Shown here in pieces: positions 16,145 to 24,463 of a DNA stretch of 32,000 nucleotides (the stretch's first letter is position 1; each line of letters starts with the position of its first letter). The notes beneath the pieces are model-generated. The model had not been told where the DNA came from. It ran no database searches and saw only the letters and a list, made by a program, of their open reading frames with translations. The stretch is from Opitutales bacterium. GTDB lineage: Bacteria; Verrucomicrobiota; Verrucomicrobiia; Opitutales; PNEW01. The stretch covers positions 510,001 through 542,000 of the forward strand of contig CBDCNV010000002.1 in NCBI GenBank assembly GCA_965219535.1. The letters are read 5' to 3'. The translations under genes and the position numbers were made by a program.

Positions 16145-19100
16145 TTAGCGGCTACCTCCTTCCATGCGTATTCGAGGATCCAACCAGAGAAGCAACAGAT
16201 CACTGACCAGTGTTCCCAACACACCGAGTAGACTTAAGATCATGAGCATCGATCCGGCCAAATACATATCTTCCTTCATCAAGGCATCCAGCATTAACGG
16301 CCCAACCGTAGGTAGGCTGAGGACCATCGCGACGATCGCGCCCCCAGAGACTAGTGACGGGAAAATTCCCCCAATTCCCGAGATAAATGGATTAAGCGCT
16401 AAACGCACAGGATATTTCATTAAGAGCTTAAACGGTCGCACCCCTTTGGCCATAGCAGTAATGACATAGGGTTTTTTCAACTCGTCAAGCAAGTTGGCGC
16501 GCATCACCCGAATCATGCTAGCTGTTCCCGAGACTCCCAAAACAACTACAGGCACCCAGACATGCTGTAAAAGGTCAATTATTTTACCCCGCGTCCACTC
16601 TGGTTGGACTGAATATTCGGGTGAAAAAAGGCCGGAAATGTTAATACCTAGATATTTACCACTCCAATAAAGCAGGATTAAGGCGAGTAAGAAGCTGGGA
16701 ACACTCATTCCGATAAAGCCGATTAAGGTAAATAAATAATCGCTTAAGGTGTATTGACGAACCGCAGAAAAAATACCGATAGGGAGGGCTACCGCCCAGG
16801 TAAATAAAATCGTGCCCAGTGAGATAAGGAAAGTAAGAAGAACGCGATCACCCACCACTTCATTGACCGTGTTCTGGCTCTCCATCGACAATCCCATATG
16901 GCCCTGCAGTAAGCCCTGGTCTTTATTTTCAAAAGAGGTAAACCAGTTAAGGCCTAGCCAGCGGGTATAGCGTTCGGCGACGGGTTTATCGAGATGAAAA
17001 ATCTCGCGCAGCTCATTAGCCTCATCAATGGAACTTGTGCCACCTTTTAGCTGTAGTTCTAATATCTTGGTCTCGATATAATTTCCTGGTGGTAACTGGA
17101 TGATAATAAATGAAATCACCGAGATGATGAGCAGGGTGGGAATCATAAAGAGTAGCCGCCTGCCGATGTAGGGATGCCGCAACCCGATCATTATCATTCC
17201 GCATGTGAAAATGCCAATAATCATGTACTTTATAAGTCTTGCCAATCGGATCTCACTGTTCACTTCACGGTTGAAGGAAGCTTGGCTGTAAGGAGCAGGG
17301 GTGACTTCAATCATTTCCTTTTTGATCTGCGCAATCGAGCCAGGAGAATCATAAGGTTTATCAAAATAAAAGGTTTCCATTCCCGCATTGGGAGGCGGAC
17401 TATAGAGTGCGCCATAAAATGCGTTGCGTGGAACATTCTTAAACCCGTTTTTGACTATGACGAGATGTTGCGGAGGTGTTGCAATATTGATCGTCCAGAG
17501 ATTCTCCGCCGCAATATCGAATACCTCATTGAATATTTTACGTTGGTCACCGCGTTCGGTTTTGCCGTACGCTTCATCAATGAGTTTCATCGATAACCGT
17601 ATGGGATGATCTATCGGCGGTGCGATGCCGCCAAATTGAGTGGCTTCAGGATTATCGTAATGCCCCCCTCTTAAATACCAGTTGTAGTAGCCGTAAGCCT
17701 GTTGTTGTGATAAGGCCATAAAATTTTCAGGGCGCACGATAGGATTGAATTCACACTGCGCGGAATAAACAGTAAATTCCAGTTTTCGTGAATTTATTTC
17801 AACTGTATATAGCGAGATCGTTGGTCTACGACGGATGGCGAGAATACCCACACGGCGCCAGTCTTCAATGATGAGCTCAGTCGGCCCCTCGTCTTCCATC
17901 TCCGGCAGGGTATAACGCCAGGCCATGCGTGTCCCGTCTTTAAACGTACGGTAACCTTCGCCATCACGCCGCGTAAGACCAATCTCATCGAGCATTCGAT
18001 TTGCGCGCTCGGGGTCATACTCGGTAAAACTTTTATGTAGCTTTTCATGGTGGAAAAACGAATCCCTGCCGGGTGATAACTGTGCCGGCTCTCCCATACT
18101 GTTATAAACCGTTTCGATAATTTGCTGGCGATTGATGGCGAGTGAAAGAGCCTGACGGAAGCGTTTATCATTTAGGAGATCATGCTTCATTTGGGTAACC
18201 GGATCTTCGGGATCGATTAAAAGATTGAGATTTGGATAAATAAGATAGCGCGAACGGGTCGCGGGAAACCAATGATAAACTTCATAATCTCCATTAACAC
18301 GTTCTGACATGAGCAAGGTGTATTGAAGGTCCATGACAAATGTTTGGAGGGTAATAGCCCCGCTAGCTGCTGCTATTTGTAAAAGCTGCTGATTTTTTAT
18401 TTCAAAGTGCAATTGGTTTACATAGGGGAGCTGATTGCCCTCAGGGTCGACAGCCCAGAAGTAGGGATTCCGCACAAATACCTGGGGTGGATTGGCTTTA
18501 TAGGTACGGTAAATCCAGGGCCAAAGTCGCGGGTGTTCAGGATTGTTCCATTTTTGTAACGCCATATAGAGGCTTTTTCGTGAGGGGAGTCTTCTTTCCT
18601 CGAGGGTAGTAGTGATTAGCGCATCGTCACCCAGTTCCGGGTGATATTTTTCAAGATAATGTCGAGGCGAACAAAATGCCCAGGCTCGAGCTAACTTTTC
18701 GAGAAACGTTCCATGGGGCTGAGAAAATAGAAACTTTACGGTGTGATCATCGATTTTAATAATCTCCCCTTGTTTCCCTCCCATGTTCATCCAGTCCGGT
18801 GGCACATTCTCGAATAAATCATATTTAACCACATCGTTCCACCAGTAGAGGATATCGTCAGCAGTAAAAGGGTGACCGTCAGACCATTTCATCCCTCGGC
18901 GTAAGTAAAATGTCCATTCCTTCTTATCGGAACTGGATTGCCAACCCTTGGCGATGTAAGGCACGATCGGGTAACCGAGCGGAGACCAGCGAACCAGTGT
19001 GGAACCAGTCAAAAAATTCCGTAAGAAATCTAATTCCGTCTGAGAAGCATACACCCTGAACCAGGTGCCCCCGTATTTGCCAATTCCATCCACCCCATTG

Positions 19101-19444
19101 AGCACCACCGGTTCAGGACCCACGCGCTCTGCCACGGGTAGCAGTTTATCCTCTTTCACCAGTTCGCCAAGAATGGGAGACTCATTTTTGGGGTACCACG
19201 GGGCGGATTCTCCCTCCCCATAGTCGACGTCCTGTTGTATCTTGAAAAGATCATCCTCGGTAAAACTGACGTCCCTTAATTTTTTCGTATAGTCAATTAC
19301 CTCCTCACTATAGAAAATGGGTTCCTCCTCCAATTCCGGTTTTAATATATCACCCCAAAAATAAAGGAATCCAAATACGAGACAGCCGGTAAGAACAGTG
19401 AACAACAGGAAGTTGAAACTTTTTTTCATGTCCTTATTTTTCAA
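16145..19444 (-). CDS. Fusion protein: N-terminal TM anchor + family-5 substrate-binding domain + linker TM + OppB/DppB-type permease
   Basis: aa 10-30 are hydrophobic. An SBP_bac_5-like core runs from about aa 110 to 690 (LVRWSPLGYPIVPYIAKGWQSSSDKKEWTFYLRRGMKWSDGHPFTADDILYWW). A TM helix follows at about aa 727-741. A complete OppB-like module begins at YIGRRLLFMIPTLLIISVISFIIIQLPPGN, with the EAA loop YVITAMAKGVRPFKLLMKYPVRLALNP and a LDPRIR end. Confidence 0.85.
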   Translation of the reverse strand: MKNKDMKKSFNFLLFTVLTGCLVFGFLYFWGDILKPELEEEPIFYSEEVIDYTKKLRDVSFTEDDLFKIQQDVDYGEGESAPWYPKNESPILGELVKEDKLLPVAERVGPEPVVLNGVDGIGKYGGTWFRVYASQTELDFLRNFLTGSTLVRWSPLGYPIVPYIAKGWQSSSDKKEWTFYLRRGMKWSDGHPFTADDILYWWNDVVKYDLFENVPPDWMNMGGKQGEIIKIDDHTVKFLFSQPHGTFLEKLARAWAFCSPRHYLEKYHPELGDDALITTTLEERRLPSRKSLYMALQKWNNPEHPRLWPWIYRTYKANPPQVFVRNPYFWAVDPEGNQLPYVNQLHFEIKNQQLLQIAAASGAITLQTFVMDLQYTLLMSERVNGDYEVYHWFPATRSRYLIYPNLNLLIDPEDPVTQMKHDLLNDKRFRQALSLAINRQQIIETVYNSMGEPAQLSPGRDSFFHHEKLHKSFTEYDPERANRMLDEIGLTRRDGEGYRTFKDGTRMAWRYTLPEMEDEGPTELIIEDWRRVGILAIRRRPTISLYTVEINSRKLEFTVYSAQCEFNPIVRPENFMALSQQQAYGYYNWYLRGGHYDNPEATQFGGIAPPIDHPIRLSMKLIDEAYGKTERGDQRKIFNEVFDIAAENLWTINIATPPQHLVIVKNGFKNVPRNAFYGALYSPPPNAGMETFYFDKPYDSPGSIAQIKKEMIEVTPAPYSQASFNREVNSEIRLARLIKYMIIGIFTCGMIMIGLRHPYIGRRLLFMIPTLLIISVISFIIIQLPPGNYIETKILELQLKGGTSSIDEANELREIFHLDKPVAERYTRWLGLNWFTSFENKDQGLLQGHMGLSMESQNTVNEVVGDRVLLTFLISLGTILFTWAVALPIGIFSAVRQYTLSDYLFTLIGFIGMSVPSFLLALILLYWSGKYLGINISGLFSPEYSVQPEWTRGKIIDLLQHVWVPVVVLGVSGTASMIRVMRANLLDELKKPYVITAMAKGVRPFKLLMKYPVRLALNPFISGIGGIFPSLVSGGAIVAMVLSLPTVGPLMLDALMKEDMYLAGSMLMILSLLGVLGTLVSDLLLLWLDPRIRMEGGSR

Positions 19445-19469
19445 CCATGAATTAACTTACTGCTACCGC

Positions 19470-22400
19470 TCATCTGCGACCGCGCTCCATACGAATACGG
19501 GGGTCGAGTATCATCAATAAAAGATCACTGACAAGTGTGCCAAATACGCCGAGCAGGCTCAGCACCATAAGCATCGAACCTGCAAGATACATATCTTCAC
19601 TCATGAGCGCGTCCAGCATCAACGGACCCACCGTGGGAAGGCTCAATACCATGGCGACGATCGCGCCACCGGATACGAGTTGAGGAAATAAAACTCCGAT
19701 CCCGGAGATAAAAGGATTTAGCGCGATACGCACCGGGTACTTTATTAGCAGTTTGAATGGGCGTACGCCTTTGGCCATCGCGGTAGTTACATAAGGTTTA
19801 TTCAGTTCATCAAGGAGGTTACCGCGCATCACTCGAATCATGCTCGCGGTGCCGGTTAATCCCAGAACAATCACCGGCACCCAGATGTGTTTCATAAGAT
19901 CGGTTACCTTGCCTGCTGACCACTCTGGCTGACCTGCGTATTCCGGTGAAAAGAGACCCGTCATACTGATACCAAAGTAAAGGTTACCCCAGTACATAAA
20001 GAGAAGAGCGAGAAGAAAACTCGGTACACACATTCCGATAAAACCAAGGAGCGTAAATATATAGTCACCGATAGAGTACTGGCGCACCGCGGAATAAATG
20101 CCTATCGGTAAAGCCATTGACCAGGTTAAAAGAATCGATCCCAGGGTGATAAGAAGCGTGAGAAGGATGCGATCTCCGACGACCTCGTTGACAGGCCTTC
20201 GGCTCTCCATCGAGTAACCGAGATGTCCCTGGAGTAGGCCTTCATCCTCGGAATTAAACGAACCGAACCAGAATAGACCGAGCCATTGCAAATATTCCTC
20301 AATACCAGTTTGATCGAGCGGATAGAGTTTAAGGAGTTGCTCCGCTTCGATGATTGCCTGCTGATCGCCATCCATTTCTGCTTGTAATATTTTTGCCTCT
20401 ATAAAATTGCTAGGTGGAAGCTGGATAATAATGAAAGTAATAACCGAGATAATAAAAAGCGTGGGCACCATGATAAGCAAGCGGCGCCCGATATAGGGAT
20501 GCCTCACCCCTGAAAGTAGCAGCCCTAAAAGAGCAATACCGATGCAGAGATTACGCACTAGTCGATTCAGGGTTTTTCCCTTATCTGTCTCTAAAGTTAC
20601 CGTATCTACAATCTGAGGCATTGGGTTGATATCAGTAATTTCTTTTTTTATCTGAGCAGTCGTTCCTGGCGAATCTCGCTTACTCATAAAGTAAAAAGTT
20701 TCCAAACCACCATTGGAGGGAGATAAAAATTGTTGGCCGTATATTGCTTTGCGCGGTACGTTTTTCAGGTCTTTGTCGACGATTACAGGAGAAGGAGCCA
20801 TTGTCGCAATACTGATCGACCAGACATTCTCTGCCGCGATGTCCTGAATTTCATTATATATTTTTATTTGCTCCTCTATATTGGGGGCTAAATAAGCAGC
20901 TTCGAGCAATTCCATGCAATGCCTCAATGGGTGATCCATCGGGGGTTCAAGATTGCCGAATTTCAGTGACAATGGATTGCCATAGAGTCCGCCGTCGCGG
21001 TACCAATTATCAAACCCTCTGGCAATGCTTTGACCAACACTACCCGGCACATATTGGCGTGGTGCTGACAACGGATAGGTAACCGCAACCCCCCAGACAC
21101 CAAAATCCGTGACCCGTCCTCTACCTTCAGCGGCATAGAATAACATCGAGCGCTCTTTTGCGATCGCACGGATACCGACATTTTTCCAGTCTTCAATAAC
21201 AAAAGGGCTGGGTCCACCGCTAAAGTTGGGAATGAAACTGAGGATCCACACCATGCGTGTGCCATCTTTAAAGGTGCGATAACCTTCGCGGTCGCGCTGA
21301 GTCAGACCGATCGCGTCGAGCAGTTGACTGGCACGGTCGGGCGCGTAGTCAATAAAACTTTTAAACAGTTTTTTATTATGAAAAGGAGATATTTTTCCGG
21401 GCGTAGCTTGCCCCGGTTCACCCACGCCGTAGTAAACCGCATCAATAATTTGCTGACGGTTAATCGCCAGAGAGAGCGCTTGCCGAAATCGTTTATCATT
21501 GAGCAATTCCCATTTCATGAAAGAGACCGGATCGTCGGGATCAACGCGTCGATTTATATTGGGGAAGATAGACCAGGGGGAGCGGGCATGAGGATACCAG
21601 TGGTAAACTTCGTAATTGTTAGCTTCACGCTGGGACATAAACAAAGTGTAATATTTAAAATAAATGTGTCGGCCTTGCATCGAAAGACCACCGCTGGCTG
21701 CGGTTATCGGGACAAGTTTCACGGTTTTAACATCAATCATCACGCGATCGATATAGGGGAGCTGATTGCCTTTAGGATCGACAGCCCAGTAATAGGGGTT
21801 GCGGACAAAAAAGTGGGGTGGATTTGCTTTGTAAGTGTGATATACCCAGGGCCAGATACGCGGACACTCGGGATTAATATGATCTTTCATTTTGAGATAA
21901 AGCCCTTGTCGCGTTGGAATATTCATTGCTTTCATCGTGGACTCGATAAGGGCGTCATCACCCAGCCCGGGGTGGTACTTTTCTAAATAATGCTTTGGCG
22001 AGTAGTACTCGAAGGCTGACGACATGCGTTCCAGCAATAGCGAGTGAGGTACGGGAAAAACAAATTTTACAGTATGAGAATCGACTTGAATAATATCACC
22101 GACTTGCCCCGCGATTTTCATCCAATCGAGATGAGTATGTTCGATAAACTCACTCTCACCCTCCCACCAGTAAAGGATATCTTCAGCGGTAAAAGGGTGA
22201 CCGTCGGACCACTTCATCCCTTTGCGCAAATAAAAAGTCCATTCCTTTTTATCCGGTGAAATCTTCCAGCCTTTAGCGACGTGAGGAACTATGGGATATC
22301 CTAATGGCGACCAGCGGACGAGGGCAGCGCCAGACATCACATGTCTTATTACATTGACTTCATTCGGGCTGTTTGAAACGTAGTTCCAGGTTCCCCCGTA

Positions 22401-22754
22401 TTGACCAATGCCGTCCACTCCTTCAATAACTACCGGCTCCGGCCCCACCCGTTCCTCTACCGGTGGTAATTTTCCTTCCTCAACCAGTTCCGTGAAGATC
22501 GGTGATTCGCTTTTTGGATACCAGTGTGCGGATTCACCCTCTGAGTAGTTGACCTCTTTCTGAACGGCGTATTCATCCTCGGGGCTAAAAGTAATATCCC
22601 GTAATTTTTCAGTTTCCTCGATTAATATCTGACTATATTGGATAGGTGCTATTGGAAGTTCCGGCTTCAATACTCCACTCCAATAATAGAGAAAACAGAA
22701 TAATCCGGCACCTGTAAGGAAGAGAAAGACCAGGGGCTTGAATACCTTTTTCAC
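19470..22754 (-). CDS. Paralogous fusion protein: TM anchor + family-5 substrate-binding domain + linker TM + OppB/DppB-type permease
   Basis: Same architecture and colinear similarity to 16145-19444 along the whole length. The permease part is nearly identical in long runs (GGAIVAMVLSLPTVGPLMLDAL), while the SBP core is more diverged. It lies 25 nt upstream of its paralog. Confidence 0.85.
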   Translation of the reverse strand: MKKVFKPLVFLFLTGAGLFCFLYYWSGVLKPELPIAPIQYSQILIEETEKLRDITFSPEDEYAVQKEVNYSEGESAHWYPKSESPIFTELVEEGKLPPVEERVGPEPVVIEGVDGIGQYGGTWNYVSNSPNEVNVIRHVMSGAALVRWSPLGYPIVPHVAKGWKISPDKKEWTFYLRKGMKWSDGHPFTAEDILYWWEGESEFIEHTHLDWMKIAGQVGDIIQVDSHTVKFVFPVPHSLLLERMSSAFEYYSPKHYLEKYHPGLGDDALIESTMKAMNIPTRQGLYLKMKDHINPECPRIWPWVYHTYKANPPHFFVRNPYYWAVDPKGNQLPYIDRVMIDVKTVKLVPITAASGGLSMQGRHIYFKYYTLFMSQREANNYEVYHWYPHARSPWSIFPNINRRVDPDDPVSFMKWELLNDKRFRQALSLAINRQQIIDAVYYGVGEPGQATPGKISPFHNKKLFKSFIDYAPDRASQLLDAIGLTQRDREGYRTFKDGTRMVWILSFIPNFSGGPSPFVIEDWKNVGIRAIAKERSMLFYAAEGRGRVTDFGVWGVAVTYPLSAPRQYVPGSVGQSIARGFDNWYRDGGLYGNPLSLKFGNLEPPMDHPLRHCMELLEAAYLAPNIEEQIKIYNEIQDIAAENVWSISIATMAPSPVIVDKDLKNVPRKAIYGQQFLSPSNGGLETFYFMSKRDSPGTTAQIKKEITDINPMPQIVDTVTLETDKGKTLNRLVRNLCIGIALLGLLLSGVRHPYIGRRLLIMVPTLFIISVITFIIIQLPPSNFIEAKILQAEMDGDQQAIIEAEQLLKLYPLDQTGIEEYLQWLGLFWFGSFNSEDEGLLQGHLGYSMESRRPVNEVVGDRILLTLLITLGSILLTWSMALPIGIYSAVRQYSIGDYIFTLLGFIGMCVPSFLLALLFMYWGNLYFGISMTGLFSPEYAGQPEWSAGKVTDLMKHIWVPVIVLGLTGTASMIRVMRGNLLDELNKPYVTTAMAKGVRPFKLLIKYPVRIALNPFISGIGVLFPQLVSGGAIVAMVLSLPTVGPLMLDALMSEDMYLAGSMLMVLSLLGVFGTLVSDLLLMILDPRIRMERGRR

Positions 22755-22839
22755 CTTGAGAAAGGTATCACGAATTTTCCCAGAGTGTAAACGTGTTTAA
22801 AAAAATTAGCCGCTTTTGGCCCATGAAAATGCGCTTACT

Positions 22840-23472
22840 TTACCTCTTAGAATACCGTAGGAGCGCAGCTTCATAATCATTGGGTGTATCGATATCAATA
22901 ACTAGCCCGGGATCATCGCAAGGAAGGACTGATATATCTTCTTTAAAATAATTCAAGACCTCTCTTAAATTATTGTGACTATCGTGGGACACTTTCTCAG
23001 CTATATGACGAGGTATTATAACCGGATGTCTTCGCCTGTTTTCGAAAATCGGTTGACAGATATTCTTCGGGTTTTGCTTCGCGTGAGCTATTAAATTGGC
23101 AATCGTTTTTTCACGGATCAGCGGCTGATCACCGAGCGCGACTGCGAGGTGAGATACCTCGTGTTGCCAACCGTCCCAATGGAAGCCGCAAAGGACGGAA
23201 CTAAACATCTCCGGCGTTACCTGGGGGTTGAAAATACGACTTTTCTCTGGCCATGCCAGTCGGTCGAGTTCTGAGATTATATTTGTGTCCCCATGACTAC
23301 ATACAACCGCGACTTGAGACGTGTTGACATTTTTATACAGGTGCAGGAGGTGGCCTAAAATGGAAGTGTCACCCCATGGCAGTAGCAACTTGGGTTTTCC
23401 CATACGGAGTGAAGCACCTCCTCCAAGAATAATCACACCCAGGTGAAAGCTGTTCGGTGGTTTAGTCGTCAC
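22840..23472 (-). CDS. MobA/MocA-like nucleotidyltransferase (molybdenum cofactor cytidylyl/guanylyltransferase family)
   Basis: The N-terminal GVIILGGGASLRMGKPKLLLPWG motif is typical of NTP_transf_3 (MobA-like). GDQP and a C-terminal IDIDTPNDY are present. It has a GTG start. Confidence 0.7.
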   Translation of the reverse strand: MTTKPPNSFHLGVIILGGGASLRMGKPKLLLPWGDTSILGHLLHLYKNVNTSQVAVVCSHGDTNIISELDRLAWPEKSRIFNPQVTPEMFSSVLCGFHWDGWQHEVSHLAVALGDQPLIREKTIANLIAHAKQNPKNICQPIFENRRRHPVIIPRHIAEKVSHDSHNNLREVLNYFKEDISVLPCDDPGLVIDIDTPNDYEAALLRYSKR

Positions 23473-23535
23473 GTCCAGGCCGATCCATACTGAAAATTAA
23501 TCTCCGCTGGCAAAAGTTGAGAGCGGTTAACCTGG

Positions 23536-24378
23536 TCAACTGGATTCTACTTCAAAAGGCAGTTTTTTCAAACGCATATGCTCACCAGAAGCTTTGCGCT
23601 GAACTTTAATAACTTCACCTATTACACTGACGGCAATTTCTGCCGGAGAATCGGCGCAAATATCCAAGCCTATTGGGGCGTAAATTCTTTCCAGGTCCAC
23701 GGGATTGGAACCTTCAGCAACCAATTCTTCGAATACACGAAGCACTTTGCGATTACTGCCAATCATCCCAATATACCCGATAACATGTTGCGGTAATAAC
23801 ACGCGCAAAGCTTCTTTATCGATCATATAATTTCGGCTGACAATAACGACAGAATCCGAGGGTTGCCATGTTTCTTTTTCAAATACTTCCTGTGCCGATA
23901 CATCACTAATTCGTTTTTCGACGTGAGAATAATATTGGTCACTCAATAATTCAGCGCGATCATCGATAACTGTGACATGAAAGCCACAGTCATGGGCTAA
24001 ACTCGCGATTGCTTGAGAGCAATGGCCGGCACCGACAAGGATGAGTCGGGAGGCGAGCTTTTGCGGTTCAATTAACACTGTTACTTCGCCGCCGCATATG
24101 GCACCGAATGAATCCGGTTCATCCTCACGAAGCGGATATCTTTTTAAGAGAGGTTCACCGTTCGAATTGATAGCTTTAATCGACTCTTCAATAACCAATG
24201 ATTCGAATTTACCTCCACCTATAGTGCCGGATATTCTTCCATCACTATAGACGATCATTTTAGATCCCGGTTCGCGTGGCACGGAGCCCTTAATAGAGGC
24301 TACTGTAACTAAGGCACAATTTTCCCTGTTTTTACGGGCTTGAAGGAATTCTTCAATGATCGACTCGGTCATACCCAA
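23536..24378 (-). CDS. XdhC/CoxI-family molybdoenzyme maturation (sulfurated-Moco insertion) protein
   Basis: The N-terminal XdhC_CoxI block is ALVTVASIKGSVPREPGSKMIV...GTIGGG. The C-terminal Rossmann-like block is LILVGAGHCSQAIASLA...G..VTVIDDR, then AEIAVSVIGEVI. The track start is a TTG; the ATG at 24372 (MTESII...) is the more likely start. Confidence 0.8.
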   Translation of the reverse strand: MGMTESIIEEFLQARKNRENCALVTVASIKGSVPREPGSKMIVYSDGRISGTIGGGKFESLVIEESIKAINSNGEPLLKRYPLREDEPDSFGAICGGEVTVLIEPQKLASRLILVGAGHCSQAIASLAHDCGFHVTVIDDRAELLSDQYYSHVEKRISDVSAQEVFEKETWQPSDSVVIVSRNYMIDKEALRVLLPQHVIGYIGMIGSNRKVLRVFEELVAEGSNPVDLERIYAPIGLDICADSPAEIAVSVIGEVIKVQRKASGEHMRLKKLPFEVESS

Positions 24379-24463
24379 TAAGTCTTGTCACCATTTTGCA
24401 CAGGTCAAGACCGTAGCCAATGCACGCGCCAGGCAGATAACTTGAACAGTGAAATAAAGATAT

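Noticed and set aside
21324-21986. A 220-aa plus-strand ORF inside the SBP-permease fusion gene, plus similar antisense ORFs at 17174-17596, 13411-13866, 15633-16001 and 6940-7317
   Set aside because: Each is fully embedded antisense to a gene with strong, colinear family motifs. Their composition is low in information and no motifs are present. They are treated as spurious.
22769-22775. Recurrence of the cassette-1 repeat core cacgaat upstream of the ABC operon, and its complement at 3942-3948
   Set aside because: A single 7-mer match is expected by chance several times in 32 kb on two strands, and no extended similarity surrounds it.
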